The translations under genes were made by a program, and so were the position numbers. The notes beneath the pieces were generated by a model, which searched no databases, was not told the DNA's origin, and saw only the letters and a program-made list of their open reading frames with translations. From NCBI GenBank assembly GCA_965204725.1, contig OZ242005.1, positions 2,336,001 to 2,400,000 on the forward strand: a DNA stretch of 64,000 nt, written 5' to 3'. This document shows, piece by piece, positions 1 to 11,374 of this stretch (within the stretch, counting starts at the first letter, position 1; each line of letters begins with the position of its first letter). Source of the DNA: Candidatus Latescibacterota bacterium. GTDB taxonomy: Bacteria; Latescibacterota; UBA2968; UBA8231.

Positions 1-1807
1 ACTCGGCCGTGCGCCTATTGCCCAACAGACGATGCACATCGGCGGTGATCTTTTTGATATCGCCCTTGTCAACCGTGCGGTTGATAAAGCCGATTTCCTC
101 CGGGAGCACCTCGTTGAAAAGCAAGCGACCGACAGTCGTTTTCACCATCTCTCCCTCGATGCACACCACAATCGGCTGGTGCAAGGTAATGCGGCCCGCT
201 TCAAAGGCCGCAACCGCCTCAGTCTTATTGGCAAAGTTGCGCTCGACCTCCCCTTTTTCGCTAAAGCGCGTCTTGGTCAGGTAGTAGCTGCCGAGCACGA
301 TGTCTTGAGGGTTGTCCATAATTACCGGCTCGCCATCGGCCGGCTTGAGGATGTTGTTGGTAGAGAGCATTAAGAGCCGCGCCTCAATTTGGGACTCGAA
401 TGAGAGCGGGACATGCACGGCCATCTGGTCGCCATCGAAGTCGGCATTAAAGGCGGCGCAAACCAGCGGGTGCAGGCGAATGGCTTTCCCCTCGACGAGA
501 ATGGGCTGAAAAGCCTGAATGCCCAACTTGTGCAAGGTCGGCGCTCGATTGAGCAATACGCAGTGGTCGCGAATGATCTCCTCGAGAATGTCCCAGACTT
601 CTGGGCGCTCGCGCTCGACCAACTTCTTGGCACTCTTGACGGTTTGCACCAGCCCTTTTTCTTCCAACTTTTTGATCACAAAGGGCTTAAATAGCTCCAA
701 GGCCATTCCCTTGGGTAAGCCGCACTGGTACAGCTTGAGTTCGGGACCGACGACAATGACTGAGCGGCCCGAATAATCGACGCGCTTGCCCAGCAAGTTT
801 TGGCGAAAACGGCCCTGCTTACCCTTGAGCAGATCACTGAGCGACTTGAGCGAGCGATTGCCGTCGCCGCGCACAGCCCGCGAGCGACGCCCGTTGTCGA
901 AGAGGGCGTCAACGGCTTCTTGGAGCATCCTCTTCTCATTGCGCAGAATGACCTCGGGCGCCTTGATGTTGATCAGCTTCTTCAAGCGGTTGTTGCGATT
1001 GATGACCCGGCGGTAGAGGTCGTTGAGATCGGAAGTGGCGAAGCGACCGCCCTCTAAGGGCACCAAGGGGCGCAGATCCGGCGGAATGACCGGAATGTTG
1101 TCGAGAATCATCCACTCGGGCCGGTTTTCAGACTGGCGGAAGGCCTCGACGACCTTGAGGCGCTTGAGTGCTTCTTGCTTGCGTTGGATCGAACTCTCCA
1201 TCCTGACCAAGGTTCGCAATTCGGCCGAGAGCTCTTCGATATCGATCTGCTCTAAGAGGCGCTTGACTGCGGGTGCTCCCATCTCGACCTCGGGATCGCC
1301 GCCCGCTTCCTGTACCTCCATGAGCTCCTCTTCAGTCAAAAGCTGGAACTTCTCTACGGGTGCGTCCCGCGGATCGATGACAACATAGGACTCGTAGTAG
1401 AGGATGCGCTCTAGGTTGCGCATCGAGATGTCGAGTAGGGCCCCGATGCGCGAAGGCAGCGATTTGAAATACCAGATGTGGGAAACCTGTACGGCGAGCT
1501 CAATGTGGCCAAGGCGCTCGCGGCGAACCTTGACCTGCGTGACCTCAACGCCGCAACGATCGCATACTATGCCTCGATAGCGGATGCCCTTGTACTTGCC
1601 GCAGTGGCAATTCCAGTCCTTGACCGGACCGAAGATGCGTTCGCAGAACAACCCGTCGCGCTCCGGTTTGAAGGAGCGATAGTTGATCGTCTCAGGCTTA
1701 GTGACTTCACCTTGTGACCAGGCGCGAATGGTCTCGGGCGAAGCGAGCTGAATGCGGATGGAATCGAAATCAATCGGTTTGCGCGATGCATTGACAGTCT
1801 GTAACAC
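1..1807 (-). CDS. rpoC: RNA polymerase beta' subunit, N-terminal part (runs off window)
   Basis: Reverse-strand translation from GTG at 1807: [25 protein letters not shown]...[25 protein letters not shown]...[12 protein letters not shown]; lies directly downstream of rpoB. Confidence 0.98.
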   Translation of the reverse strand, partial: MLQTVNASRKPIDFDSIRIQLASPETIRAWSQGEVTKPETINYRSFKPERDGLFCERIFGPVKDWNCHCGKYKGIRYRGIVCDRCGVEVTQVKVRRERLGHIELAVQVSHIWYFKSLPSRIGALLDISMRNLERILYYESYVVIDPRDAPVEKFQLLTEEELMEVQEAGGDPEVEMGAPAVKRLLEQIDIEELSAELRTLVRMESSIQRKQEALKRLKVVEAFRQSENRPEWMILDNIPVIPPDLRPLVPLEGGRFATSDLNDLYRRVINRNNRLKKLINIKAPEVILRNEKRMLQEAVDALFDNGRRSRAVRGDGNRSLKSLSDLLKGKQGRFRQNLLGKRVDYSGRSVIVVGPELKLYQCGLPKGMALELFKPFVIKKLEEKGLVQTVKSAKKLVERERPEVWDILEEIIRDHCVLLNRAPTLHKLGIQAFQPILVEGKAIRLHPLVCAAFNADFDGDQMAVHVPLSFESQIEARLLMLSTNNILKPADGEPVIMDNPQDIVLGSYYLTKTRFSEKGEVERNFANKTEAVAAFEAGRITLHQPIVVCIEGEMVKTTVGRLLFNEVLPEEIGFINRTVDKGDIKKITADVHRLLGNRRTAE

Positions 1808-1845
1808 GGGCACCCCCTTTGCGCTTTATGCACATGCTCTGCGAT

Positions 1846-4800
1846 TCAATACGTCTCGACGATCCTGCTGTCTTCAAGGATCACATCCAGACACAAACTC
1901 TGTAGCTCCTTAACCAGCACATTGAACGATTCTGGAATGCCTGGTTCGGGTGGATTCTCTCCTTTCACAATGGCCTCGTATATCTTGGAACGCCCGGCGA
2001 CGTCGTCGGATTTGACAGTCAGCATCTCTTGCAGCGTGTAGGCTGAACCGTAGGCTTCCAAGGCCCACACTTCCATCTCGCCAAAGCGCTGGCCGCCAAA
2101 CTGGGCCTTGCCCCCCAAGGGCTGCTGCGTGACCAGCGAGTATGGCCCGATGGAGCGGGCGTGAATTTTGTCGGCGACCAAGTGCGACAGCTTTAACATG
2201 TATATGTAGCCCACGGTCACTCGCTTGTCTAGCTTGTTGCCGGTCCGCCCATCGTAGAGCACTTGTTTGCCGTCGTCGGGCATCCCAGCCTCGCCGAGCA
2301 TATCCCGGACCTCATCGAGGGATGCCCCGTCGAAAACCGGGGTCGCCACATGCATATTTAAGGCGTCGGCCGCCATGCCCAGATGGGTTTCAAATATCTG
2401 GCCCAAGTTCATGCGCGAAGGCACTCCCAAAGGGTTGAGGGCGATATCCACGGGCGTACCGTCCTCGAGAAAGGGCATATCCTCCTCCGGCGCGATGTAC
2501 GCGACGACCCCCTTGTTGCCGTGGCGGCCGGCCATCTTATCGCCGACCGAGAGCTTGCGCTTCTTGGCCACATAGACCTTGACGAGCTGCGCGATGCCCG
2601 GCGGCAGCTCATCGCCGCGCGTGATGCGCTCTAGTTGGCGCTCGGTTTGCTCGTCAACCAGCTTTAACTGCTCGTCGGCATAGCGCAAAAGTTCGGCGAC
2701 TTCGCCGCTGACTTTGGGGTCTGTGGTCCAGCCTTCTTCGGGTTGCAGCGTGGAGAAATCTTCACCCACCCGTTCGAGCAGCCGCTGGCTCAACTGAGTG
2801 CCTTTGCGGACCTTCAGCTCGCCGTCTTGGGAGTATAAGTTGCCCAACTTGACGTTCCCCACCACCTCCAGCAACCTAGCGTTGCGTTGGGCTATCAGGG
2901 TCTCCTTGCGCTCGGCCGATTCTTTCTCGCATGCGTCGATGCTCTCTCGACGCCGGGATGGATTGCCTCGCTCGCGGCGCGAGAAAACCTTGCGGTCAAT
3001 GACCACGCCCTCCATGCCGGGGGGCGCTTTCAGCGATGCATCGCGGACATCCCCGGCCTTCTCGCCGAAAATGGCCCGCAAGAGCCGCTCTTCGGGCGAT
3101 AGCTCGCTCTCGCCCTTAGGCGTCACTTTGCCGACTAGAATATCGCCGGGGCCGACCTCGGCTCCAATGCGAATAATACCCTCGTCATCGAGGTTGCGCA
3201 CCGCTCCTTCGCTGACGTTGGGAATCTCTCGGGTGATTTCCTCTTGACCGCGTTTGGTGTCGCGCACTTGGAGCTCAAATTCCTCAATGTGTACGGAAGT
3301 GAAAATGTCCTTTTTGAGGAGGCGCTCGCTGACGACGATGGCATCTTCAAAGTTGTAGCCATTCCAAGGCATGAAGGCAACCAAGACATTCACGCCTAGG
3401 GCCAAGTCGCCCCGATCCGTAGCAGCACCATCAGCCAAGGGCTGGCCGGTCTGTATCTTGTCGCCGACTTGGACCAAGGGCCGCTGATTGATGCAGCAGT
3501 CTTGGTTGGAGCGGGCGAACTTGATCAGCTTGTATTCGTCGGTGTCCGCAGAATCCAATGGGGTCAGCCGCGTACTGCGCTTCTTGTCGCGGCGCACGAC
3601 AATGCGCTTGGCATCAACGCTGACCACCGTGCCGGGGTTGCGGGCTACGATGATCGCGCCCGAATCGAGCGCGACCTTGCTCTCCATCCCGGTGCCGACA
3701 TAAGGGGCTTGAGTAAAAAGCAACGGCACTGCTTGGCGCTGCATGTTGGATCCCATGAGCGCTCGATTGGCGTCGTCGTGTTCGAGGAAGGGTATTAGGG
3801 CCGCGGCCCCACTGACGAGCTGATTGGGCGATACGTCCATGTAGTCGAGCTCGTCGGGGGTTACCATGGGATAATCATCCCGCTTGCGGGCTTTGACCAA
3901 TGGGTTTTTGAACTTGCCCTTGTCGTCGATGGGCGCATTGGCTTGGGCGATGATGTATCTGTCTTCTTCGGCCGCCGTCAGAAATTCGATCTCATTTGTC
4001 GCCTTGCCGTTTATCACCTTGCGGTACGGCGTCTCCAAAAAGCCGAAGGAATTGACTCGGGCATAGGTGCTCAACGAGGAGATTAGGCCGATGTTGGGGC
4101 CTTCGGGCGTCTCGATGGGGCATATCCGGCCGTAGTGCGTATAATGCACATCCCGCACTTCAAAACCAGCGCGGTCGCGGCTCAGGCCCCCCGGGCCGAG
4201 GGCACTAAGGCGGCGCTTGTGAGTCAACTCGTCGAGCGGATTGGTCTGTTGTATAAACTGCGAGAGTTGGCTCGAACCGAAGAACGCTTGGACCACGGTC
4301 GAAACCGTGCGCGCATTGACTAAGTCGTGCGGCGTGATCTGGTCCTCGTCGCGCAGATTCATGCGCTCGCGAATAGTCCGCGCCATGCGCGTCAGGCCGA
4401 TGCCCAACTGGTTGGCGAGTAATTCGCCGACCAAGCGCACGCGGCGATTACCCAAGTGATCGATATCGTCGGTATTGCCCTGCCCTACCCGCAATCCCAA
4501 TAGGTAGTGGATTATCGCCATGAAATCCTCTAGATGCAGCACCGTACTCTCGAAGGGAATTCCCACGTCCAACCGGCGGTTGATGCGATAGCGACCCACA
4601 TCGCCTAGGTTGTAGCGCTTGGCGTTGAAGAAGAGGCGATCGAGCAATTCGCGCACGGTGGCGATATTGGGCGGATCGCCGGGACGCAGCAGGTTGTAGA
4701 TGCGCGTGAGAGCATCTTCCTCGCCTTCGCTCGGGTCCTTTTCGAGCGTTTTTTCTATGACCCCGGGATCCTTATCCGACGGGGCGGCCAAAACCTTTAG

Positions 4801-5634
4801 CTTCTCGATATTGGCTTCCTGTAGCCCGGTTAGTTTTTCGCGGCTTATCTTATCGTAGGCATCCAATAAAATTTCGCCGCTATCTTCATCGACGATGTCC
4901 GCGCCACCGTTGTAGCGATCGAGCAACTCTTCGTCTAAAACCTCCTCGACCTCTTCGCGGAACAGACTGAGAATTTCGCCGTCTTTAGAGCAGCCAAGGG
5001 CCTTCAAGAGCGCGGTCACCGGCAGTTTGCGCCGCCGGTCAATATGCACGTACATGATGTCGTTGATGTCCATGCTGAACTCTAGCCACATCCCCTTGTT
5101 GTAGGGGAGGATCCGCGCCGAGAACAGCCGCTTGCCATTGGGGTGCAAGGTCTCGTCGAAGAACACCCCAGGCGAGCGATGCAACTGGCTGACGACTGCG
5201 CGTTCGGCCCCGTTGATAATAAACGTGCCCTCGCTGGTCATCAGGGGCAGTTCGCCCAGAAATACGGCCTGTTCGACCACGTCCTTGACCGGGCGGTCCT
5301 CGATTTCCTTGTCGCGGGTCACGAGGCGCAGAGTCGCCCGCAACGGGGCGGCGAAAGTCATATCCCGCTCGCGGCATTCCTCTTCGCTGTAGCGGGGGTT
5401 GCCAATGGAGTAGCTGACGTATTCGAGAGAGTATATTCCATGGACATCAGTGACCGGAAAAATACTCTGGAAGACTAGGTGCAAACCGCGCCGCTGGCGC
5501 TGATGGGGCTGGACGGAGAGTTGCAGGAAGTCCTCGAAGGAGTCAAGCTGAACTGAAAGCAGGTTGGGCATCTCTACGGCTTCTTTGATTTTGCCAAAAG
5601 AGTGCCGTTTAATACTGCCGTTCGTCTTTGCCAA
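1846..5634 (-). CDS. rpoB: RNA polymerase beta subunit
   Basis: Motifs [44 protein letters not shown]; probable TTG start at 5634 after a GAGGAG SD. Confidence 0.99.
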   Translation of the reverse strand: MAKTNGSIKRHSFGKIKEAVEMPNLLSVQLDSFEDFLQLSVQPHQRQRRGLHLVFQSIFPVTDVHGIYSLEYVSYSIGNPRYSEEECRERDMTFAAPLRATLRLVTRDKEIEDRPVKDVVEQAVFLGELPLMTSEGTFIINGAERAVVSQLHRSPGVFFDETLHPNGKRLFSARILPYNKGMWLEFSMDINDIMYVHIDRRRKLPVTALLKALGCSKDGEILSLFREEVEEVLDEELLDRYNGGADIVDEDSGEILLDAYDKISREKLTGLQEANIEKLKVLAAPSDKDPGVIEKTLEKDPSEGEEDALTRIYNLLRPGDPPNIATVRELLDRLFFNAKRYNLGDVGRYRINRRLDVGIPFESTVLHLEDFMAIIHYLLGLRVGQGNTDDIDHLGNRRVRLVGELLANQLGIGLTRMARTIRERMNLRDEDQITPHDLVNARTVSTVVQAFFGSSQLSQFIQQTNPLDELTHKRRLSALGPGGLSRDRAGFEVRDVHYTHYGRICPIETPEGPNIGLISSLSTYARVNSFGFLETPYRKVINGKATNEIEFLTAAEEDRYIIAQANAPIDDKGKFKNPLVKARKRDDYPMVTPDELDYMDVSPNQLVSGAAALIPFLEHDDANRALMGSNMQRQAVPLLFTQAPYVGTGMESKVALDSGAIIVARNPGTVVSVDAKRIVVRRDKKRSTRLTPLDSADTDEYKLIKFARSNQDCCINQRPLVQVGDKIQTGQPLADGAATDRGDLALGVNVLVAFMPWNGYNFEDAIVVSERLLKKDIFTSVHIEEFELQVRDTKRGQEEITREIPNVSEGAVRNLDDEGIIRIGAEVGPGDILVGKVTPKGESELSPEERLLRAIFGEKAGDVRDASLKAPPGMEGVVIDRKVFSRRERGNPSRRRESIDACEKESAERKETLIAQRNARLLEVVGNVKLGNLYSQDGELKVRKGTQLSQRLLERVGEDFSTLQPEEGWTTDPKVSGEVAELLRYADEQLKLVDEQTERQLERITRGDELPPGIAQLVKVYVAKKRKLSVGDKMAGRHGNKGVVAYIAPEEDMPFLEDGTPVDIALNPLGVPSRMNLGQIFETHLGMAADALNMHVATPVFDGASLDEVRDMLGEAGMPDDGKQVLYDGRTGNKLDKRVTVGYIYMLKLSHLVADKIHARSIGPYSLVTQQPLGGKAQFGGQRFGEMEVWALEAYGSAYTLQEMLTVKSDDVAGRSKIYEAIVKGENPPEPGIPESFNVLVKELQSLCLDVILEDSRIVETY

Positions 5635-5670
5635 AGTCCAACTCCTCAATTTGTGGTTTAAGGCAAATAC

Positions 5671-5700
5671 TCATGGAGCTATCGGCCAATAGCTCCATGA
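5671..5700 (-). terminator. rplL-rpoB intergenic hairpin (attenuator/terminator-like)
   Basis: Perfect 12-bp inverted repeat TCATGGAGCTAT-cggcca-ATAGCTCCATGA. Confidence 0.55.
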
Positions 5701-5758
5701 ATGTGCGCTGCAAAAAAGCAGGTATGAATTAACGAGCTACTATATTCGCAGCAGTCTT

Positions 5759-6169
5759 CTATTGGAGTTCTACCGTGGCTCCGACATCCTGCAATCGGCT
5801 CTGAATTTCTTCGGCTTCTTCCTTGGTCACTCCTTCCTTGACGGGCTTGGGGGCCTCGTCGACTAGCGCTTTGGCCTCTTTCAGCCCTAGGCTGGTGATC
5901 TCGCGGACGACCTTAATGGCTTGAATTTTCTTCTCGCCGGCACTCGTGAGCACGACGTCAAAGGAATCCTTCACCTCAGCGGCCTCTTCGCCGCCGCCAT
6001 CGCCGGGCATTGCGCCAGCTATCATTACAGGTGCTGAGGCCGACACGCCGAACTTATCTTCGAGGGCTTTGACCAATTCGGCCAGCTCTAGGACGGTCAG
6101 GCCGCCGATGGTCTCAATGATTTCGCCTACCTTGCTGTTGGCGACGGTGGCAGTGGTTTCTTCGGTCAT
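5759..6169 (-). CDS. rplL: 50S ribosomal protein L7/L12
   Basis: [21 protein letters not shown]...[20 protein letters not shown]. Confidence 0.98.
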   Translation of the reverse strand: MTEETTATVANSKVGEIIETIGGLTVLELAELVKALEDKFGVSASAPVMIAGAMPGDGGGEEAAEVKDSFDVVLTSAGEKKIQAIKVVREITSLGLKEAKALVDEAPKPVKEGVTKEEAEEIQSRLQDVGATVELQ

Positions 6170-6227
6170 GGGATACAGCCTCCTATATCCGTATTTGATT
6201 TGAGTTTGTTAAAGGAACGAATGGGAA

Positions 6228-6761
6228 TCAGGCGTTTTCCCCGCCTTCTACCCGTTGCTTTTCGATAGCCGACAACGCGCCGACCAAGCCTCTGAGCAAC
6301 CCGCTCAAGACACCGCTCAGCCCGTAAAGCGGACTCTGGGCACTAGCGGCTACCTTGCCTAGCAATTCTTCCCTAGAGGGCAGCTTGGCTAATGCCTCGA
6401 CTCTATCGGCGGCGAGGACTTCGCCTTCCATAAAGCCGGTCTTGATCTGAATTTTGCCACCATCGGCGCCAAAATCTTGCAGAATTTTGGCTGGTGCGAT
6501 GGGATCTTCTTTTGAATAGGCTATCGCCGTAGGCCCGGTGAAATGCTCTTTGAGGCCGGCGATACCCACTTCCTCGGCCGCGCGAATGGCCAAGCGATTT
6601 TTGATCACTTGGTATTGAACCTCACCCTCGCGCAGCTTGTTGCGTAGCTCGGTCACTGCCGCTACGTCAATACCCGTAAAGTCGGCTAAATAAAAGCCCT
6701 TTGCCTCGGCCATAATGGCCTTCAACTCTTCTACTTTCGCTTCTTTCTCGGCCGTCGCCAT
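6228..6761 (-). CDS. rplJ: 50S ribosomal protein L10
   Basis: ADFTGIDVAAVTELR, VIKNRLA, LAKLPSREELL; synteny. Confidence 0.97.
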   Translation of the reverse strand: MATAEKEAKVEELKAIMAEAKGFYLADFTGIDVAAVTELRNKLREGEVQYQVIKNRLAIRAAEEVGIAGLKEHFTGPTAIAYSKEDPIAPAKILQDFGADGGKIQIKTGFMEGEVLAADRVEALAKLPSREELLGKVAASAQSPLYGLSGVLSGLLRGLVGALSAIEKQRVEGGENA

Positions 6762-6777
6762 AGTACAGGAGCTTTCT

Positions 6778-7476
6778 TTAGGCAGCGAACTGGGCGCGGT
6801 CGATCTTGATGCCCGGCCCGATTGCCGACGAGAGGACTAGCTTGCGAATGTACTGCCCTTTTGCCGCAGCCGGCTTGGCGCGCCAAATGGCATCGGTAAA
6901 CGCTTGGGCGTTTTCGATTAGTGCCTGCTCGGTAAAGGACAGCTTGCCGATGGGGCCTTGGGCGTTGTTGCCGGACTTGCTGTCGGCGCGGTATTCAATG
7001 CGGCCAGCCTTGGCCTCGCGGACGGCTTGAGCCACTTCGCGCGTTACCGTGCCGGTCTTGGGATTGGGCATCAAGCCTCGCGGCCCCAAGATCCTCCCCA
7101 GTTTACCTACCTGCCCCATCATATCTGGCGAGGCGATGACTAGGTCGAAATCGAGCCAACCGCCTTGGATTTCCTCGGCCATATCGGCTCCGCCGACAAA
7201 ATCGGCCCCGGCGTCTTGGGCCTCCTGCACGAGCGGCCCTTGGGTAATGACTAAGACCCGGAGTTCCTTCCCCGTGCCGTGGGGCAACATCACCGTGCCG
7301 CGCAGCGTTTGATCGGCTTGGCGACCATCGATCCCCAGATGGCAACAAAGCTCGATGGTCGGGTCGTAATTGCACGTTGGGAACCCCTTGAGGAGCTTGA
7401 TTCCCTCTCCCCACGAGTAGGCTTTGTCGCGGTCGAAAGACGCCAAGGCGTTCCTGTATTTTTTTCCTCTGGCCAT
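6778..7476 (-). CDS. rplA: 50S ribosomal protein L1
   Basis: LRGTVMLPHGTGK, LGRILGPRGLMPNPKTGTV. Confidence 0.98.
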   Translation of the reverse strand: MARGKKYRNALASFDRDKAYSWGEGIKLLKGFPTCNYDPTIELCCHLGIDGRQADQTLRGTVMLPHGTGKELRVLVITQGPLVQEAQDAGADFVGGADMAEEIQGGWLDFDLVIASPDMMGQVGKLGRILGPRGLMPNPKTGTVTREVAQAVREAKAGRIEYRADSKSGNNAQGPIGKLSFTEQALIENAQAFTDAIWRAKPAAAKGQYIRKLVLSSAIGPGIKIDRAQFAA

Positions 7477-7514
7477 ATCCTAAACCTCATTATGAGGGTT
7501 GCGATGCGAAGCAA

Positions 7515-7937
7515 CTACTCGATTAAGATCCCCATGCTGCGGGCCGTCCCCGCGATCATCGACATCGCGGCTTCCATTGAGGCCGCGTTCAAATCGGGCA
7601 TTTTCAATTCGGCGATTTCGCGCACTTGGTCTATAGATACAACGCCGATGCGGTCCCTGTTGGGTACGCCCGACCCCTTGGGCTGTCCCGCAGCCCGCAA
7701 AAGTAGCACCGCAGCCGGCGGCGTCTTGGTGATAAACGAGAACGTGCGGTCGACGTACACCGTAATGATCACGGGAATAATCAACCCCTGCTGGTCTTGG
7801 GTCTGGGCATTGAAGGCCTTGCAGAATTCCATGATGTTGACGCCGTGTTGGCCTAGGGCCGGACCAACGGGTGGTGTTGGATTCGCCTGACCGGCTGGAA
7901 CCTGCAATTTAATTTGGGCTATTTCCTTTTTGGCCAT
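7515..7937 (-). CDS. rplK: 50S ribosomal protein L11
   Basis: [30 protein letters not shown]. Confidence 0.99.
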   Translation of the reverse strand: MAKKEIAQIKLQVPAGQANPTPPVGPALGQHGVNIMEFCKAFNAQTQDQQGLIIPVIITVYVDRTFSFITKTPPAAVLLLRAAGQPKGSGVPNRDRIGVVSIDQVREIAELKMPDLNAASMEAAMSMIAGTARSMGILIE

Positions 7938-7958
7938 TTAGTTATATCCCTGTGAAAA

Positions 7959-8504
7959 TCAGCCGACCGTCTCTTGGACCGGCTCGACCTGCAACACGTC
8001 CAATTCCACTGATGTGCCGCGCCCAAAAATGCTCACCATAATTTTCAATCGGCGCTTCTCCGGCAGCACCTCCTGCACGGTGCCGATAAAATCCTTGAAC
8101 GCGCCATCGTTGACCTTGACCTGATCGTCAACGGCAAAGGGAATCTCTTCGAGCTCTTGGTCTTTGCGGCGGTCGGCGTGCCCCAAGATGCGATCGACTT
8201 CCTCCTGCCGCAGCGGTTGCGGCTTGCGCGCTGGGCCGACGAAATTGGTCACCCCGGGAATGTTGGTTACTTGGTACCAAGCGTCCTTGGACATTTCCAT
8301 TTCCACCAGCACATAACTAGGCAAAAAGCGCTTCCTAGTCTTGGTTTTCTTGCCGGCACGGAGTTCAACCACTTCCTCGGTCGGCACAACGACCTGAGCA
8401 ATTGCACCATTGGCAGCCCCCGACTCAATGAGCGACTCCAAGTAGGTCTTTACTTTATTTTCGTGCCCCGAATACGTATGTAAAGCGTACCAGCACTGTG
8501 CCAT
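7959..8504 (-). CDS. nusG: Transcription factor NusG
   Basis: MAQCWYALHTYSGHENKVK, PSYVLVEM, KOW GAFKDFIG, VSIFGRGT; true start placed at 8504. Confidence 0.97.
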   Translation of the reverse strand: MAQCWYALHTYSGHENKVKTYLESLIESGAANGAIAQVVVPTEEVVELRAGKKTKTRKRFLPSYVLVEMEMSKDAWYQVTNIPGVTNFVGPARKPQPLRQEEVDRILGHADRRKDQELEEIPFAVDDQVKVNDGAFKDFIGTVQEVLPEKRRLKIMVSIFGRGTSVELDVLQVEPVQETVG

Positions 8505-8602
8505 GGCTTCAATCCGGTGTTGGCCCTCGTTTGCCGAGCGTAAACAAGGAAAAGAAGCGGTGCATGTATGCGCCGCTTCCCTTAGAAAGGCCCTAGCGAG
8601 AA

Positions 8603-8791
8603 TTACTGCCCTAAAAGTATTCCCCAAACAAAGGAGATAATCAGGTCGAACATGCCAATAAAAACCGCAAAGACCGCCGAAAAGACTAATACCACTCCAG
8701 TGGAACTGACCAAATCCTCGCGCGTAGGCCAACTCACTTTGGAGAATTCGGTCCGCACATCTTTGACGAAATTAGTAAGTTTATTCCACAT
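8603..8791 (-). CDS. secE: Preprotein translocase subunit SecE
   Basis: MWNKLTNFVKDVRTEFSKVSWPTREDL plus one TM helix; lies between tRNA-Trp and nusG. Confidence 0.95.
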   Translation of the reverse strand: MWNKLTNFVKDVRTEFSKVSWPTREDLVSSTGVVLVFSAVFAVFIGMFDLIISFVWGILLGQ

Positions 8792-8812
8792 CCGTTCCCT
8801 AATGCAGAAGCC

Positions 8813-8888
8813 TGGCAGGGCAGACAGGACTTGAACCTGCAACCGCCGGTTTTGGAGACCGGAGCTCTACCAATTGAGCTACTGCCCT
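8813..8888 (-). tRNA. tRNA-Trp (CCA)
   Basis: 76-nt cloverleaf AGGGCAGTAGCTCAATTGGTAGAGC...CTCCAAA...GGTTCAAGTCC...CCA. Confidence 0.97.
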
Positions 8889-8892
8889 ATGC

Positions 8893-9045
8893 CTAGCGGG
8901 CTTCCTTGTGGGCCGTGTGCTTGTGGCAAAAGCGGCAATATTTTTTGTACTCCACGCGGCTTGGTTGGCTTCGTCTATTTTTAGTCGTTGTGTAATTTTG
9001 CTGGCTGCATACTTCGCACTCCAGCTTTATTTGATCTCTTGGCAT
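8893..9045 (-). CDS. rpmG: 50S ribosomal protein L33 (Zn-ribbon form)
   Basis: Hand translation MPRDQIKLECEVCSQQNYTTTKNRRSQPSRVEYKKYCRFCHKHTAHKEAR (50 aa, too short for the ORF track). Confidence 0.95.
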   Translation of the reverse strand: MPRDQIKLECEVCSQQNYTTTKNRRSQPSRVEYKKYCRFCHKHTAHKEAR

Positions 9046-9082
9046 CAGGAGTTGCCGTGTTTAGATGGAAGCACTAGGAAGG

Positions 9083-9158
<76 letters not shown>

Positions 9159-9176
9159 TGCAATTGTTTGGCGATC

Positions 9177-9253
9177 TGGAGCGGGAAACGGGACTCGAAC
9201 CCGCGACCCCGAGCTTGGAAGGCTCGCGCTCTAGCCAACTGAGCTATTCCCGC
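9177..9253 (-). tRNA. tRNA-Gly (TCC)
   Basis: GCGGGAATAGCTCAGTTGGCTAGAGC...CTTCCAA...GGTTCGAGTCCCGTTTCCCGCTCCA. Confidence 0.97.
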
Positions 9254-9297
9254 TCGAGCCGGATTGATTGATGTCCGCGTTAATTTATAAGAGTTTG

Positions 9298-9326
9298 AAT
9301 ATATGACAGCTTTTTTAAGATGTCAA
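9298..9326 (-). promoter_or_regulatory. sigma70-type promoter for the tRNA/rpmG/secE operon
   Basis: TTGACA-17 nt-TATATT on the minus strand just upstream of tRNA-Gly. Confidence 0.65.
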
Positions 9327-9412
9327 GAAGCCTAGGCGCGGCTCCGAAACGCGAAACTCCCGCAGATGCGCGGGCCTTTTTGGGAATCGCCCAGTACGCT
9401 GAATACTTGCGT

Positions 9413-9883
9413 TCAGCGCGTGATTTTGACAATCCTGTAGTGTAGCTTGCCAACAGGCACTTCAATCTCGATTTCTTCCCCCACTTCGTGCCCGAGCAAC
9501 CCCCTGCCTATCGGCGAAACCGTGGAGATTTTCCCCGCTTCAAAATCCGCTTCCTCGGGAGCGACGAGCGTGTACGTAAGCTGTCGCGCCTTTGCAAGGT
9601 CCTCTAGCTCTACGGTAGCACCGATATAGACCTTGTCTTCTGGGATCGCCTCGTTTTCTAGCAGGCGGGCCCGGCTGAGTGTATCTTCGAGCTTGCCGAT
9701 GCGCTGCTCTAGGAAGAGCAACCTTTCTTTGGCTGCCGAATATTCGGCGTTCTCGGATAGGTCGCCAAATTCCCGCGCTCGCTGCAGCGCTTGGCGCACT
9801 GCCGGGCGTTCGGTCTCTTTGAGTCCCTTCAACTCGATCTGAAGTTTTTCGTAGCCTTCTCGCGAAAGATATACTTCACTCAT
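9413..9883 (-). CDS. greA: Transcription elongation factor GreA
   Basis: AREFGDLSENAEYSAAKE, KISTVSPIGRGLLG; start placed at MSEVYLS. Confidence 0.97.
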   Translation of the reverse strand: MSEVYLSREGYEKLQIELKGLKETERPAVRQALQRAREFGDLSENAEYSAAKERLLFLEQRIGKLEDTLSRARLLENEAIPEDKVYIGATVELEDLAKARQLTYTLVAPEEADFEAGKISTVSPIGRGLLGHEVGEEIEIEVPVGKLHYRIVKITR

Positions 9884-9929
9884 TACCAAGCCTTTAGAGA
9901 AAACAACATGCGCCATGCGCTATTCAACA

Positions 9930-10006
9930 CAAAACAAAAGCGGAAGCGCACGACCGCTTCCGCTACTCAAGTGAATTAATGTACAAAAAACGGTTCTCAG
10001 GTGCAA
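9930..10006 (-). promoter_or_regulatory. greA promoter and leader terminator
   Basis: TTGCAC-17-TACATT, then hairpin AGCGGAAGCG-gtcgtg-CGCTTCCGCT followed by TTTGTTTTG before the greA start. Confidence 0.6.
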
Positions 10007-10105
10007 GCTAAGGGACTTGCCCAAGTTCGTCACCCTCCTTTTAATAAATTTACGGATTTACAGACCGAGCCACCCCTTCCCAACCACAACGCACTCGCGC
10101 GTCTC

Positions 10106-11374
10106 ATGGCCTTGACACTCCTGCACTTTGCCGATCTGCATCTGGGCGTCGAAAACCACGGCGGCCTCGACCCAAGCACCGGCCTGCATTCGCGGGTTCA
10201 AGATTTTGCTGCCAGCCTAGAAGCCGTCTTCGACCTAGCCATTGAAAAGGCGGTTGATTTAGTCCTCTTCGCCGGCGACATGTACAAGAATTGCGATCCG
10301 ACCCCGACCCACCAGCGCGTCTTCGCCCGCCAGCTCCAGCGCCTGCAAGCGGCCCGCATCCCCATCGTGCTGGTGGTGGGCAACCACGACGCGCCGGGGG
10401 CTTTTGGCAAAGCCACTTCGGTTGACATTTTCAGCACCCTACAGCTAGAGAACACTCACGTCATCCGCCGCCCACAACTCCTGCGGATTGAGACGGCTCA
10501 CGGTCCCGTGCAAGTGGCCGGCCTGCCTTGGCCGACGCGCCATGCCCTACTCACCCGCGCTGAATACCGCGACCTGTCTATAGAGCAAATCCGCGCCGAG
10601 ATCCAAAAAATTTGCGCGGCCCAGATCGACGAGTATGCTCGGCAGCTCGACCCAAAGCTGCCGGGCATACTCGTCGCCCACCTCGCCGCGGCCGACGCCG
10701 TCTATTCTGGCGGCGAACGCACCGCTATCATCGGCCAAGACCCCGTTCTGCTCGCCAGCACTCTGGCCAATCCCGCCTACGACTACGTCGCCTTGGGGCA
10801 CATTCACAAATACCAAGACCTCAACTCCGGCCAACATCCACCCGTGATCTATTCGGGCAGCCTAGAGCGCATCGACTTCGGCGAGGAAGGCGAAGACAAG
10901 GGCTTCTGCCTCGTACGCATCGCCGAGGACGCGACCGCGCCGAGGGGTCGCACGACCACCTTTGAGTTCGTCCCCGTCCCGGCTCGGCGCTTTGCGACCA
11001 TCGAGCTAAAGGTGCTCGCTGGGCAAGACGCCACCGAGCGCATCGTCGCGGCCTGCGCCGGGGCCGATATAGCAGGCGCCGTAGTCCGCGTCCTCTACCA
11101 CCTGCCCGCTGGCTACGCCACACCAGTGGACTTACAACAGGTGCGGGAAGCACTCAAACCGGCCTTCCACGTCGCCTCCATCCAGCCGCGCTTTGCCCCG
11201 GAAAAGCTCCAACGCCGAGCTGAAATCAGCGAGGAGGCCGAGCTAGGCGACGCCCTCGACCGCTACATCGACAACAGCCCAGACCTGCAAGAACACCGGG
11301 CCGAGCTCAAAAACTACGCGCTCCGTCTAGAGCGCACGCTCGAATCGGGCCAACGCAACGGAGACGACGCATGA
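10106..11374 (+). CDS. sbcD: Exonuclease SbcD (Mre11 family)
   Basis: LHFADLHLG, FAGD, GNHD, YVALGHIH, YSGSLERIDFGE. Confidence 0.93.
   Translation: MALTLLHFADLHLGVENHGGLDPSTGLHSRVQDFAASLEAVFDLAIEKAVDLVLFAGDMYKNCDPTPTHQRVFARQLQRLQAARIPIVLVVGNHDAPGAFGKATSVDIFSTLQLENTHVIRRPQLLRIETAHGPVQVAGLPWPTRHALLTRAEYRDLSIEQIRAEIQKICAAQIDEYARQLDPKLPGILVAHLAAADAVYSGGERTAIIGQDPVLLASTLANPAYDYVALGHIHKYQDLNSGQHPPVIYSGSLERIDFGEEGEDKGFCLVRIAEDATAPRGRTTTFEFVPVPARRFATIELKVLAGQDATERIVAACAGADIAGAVVRVLYHLPAGYATPVDLQQVREALKPAFHVASIQPRFAPEKLQRRAEISEEAELGDALDRYIDNSPDLQEHRAELKNYALRLERTLESGQRNGDDA

Noticed and set aside
7959-8732. 257-aa ORF call for nusG
   Set aside because: The extension overlaps secE; homology starts at the ATG at 8504.
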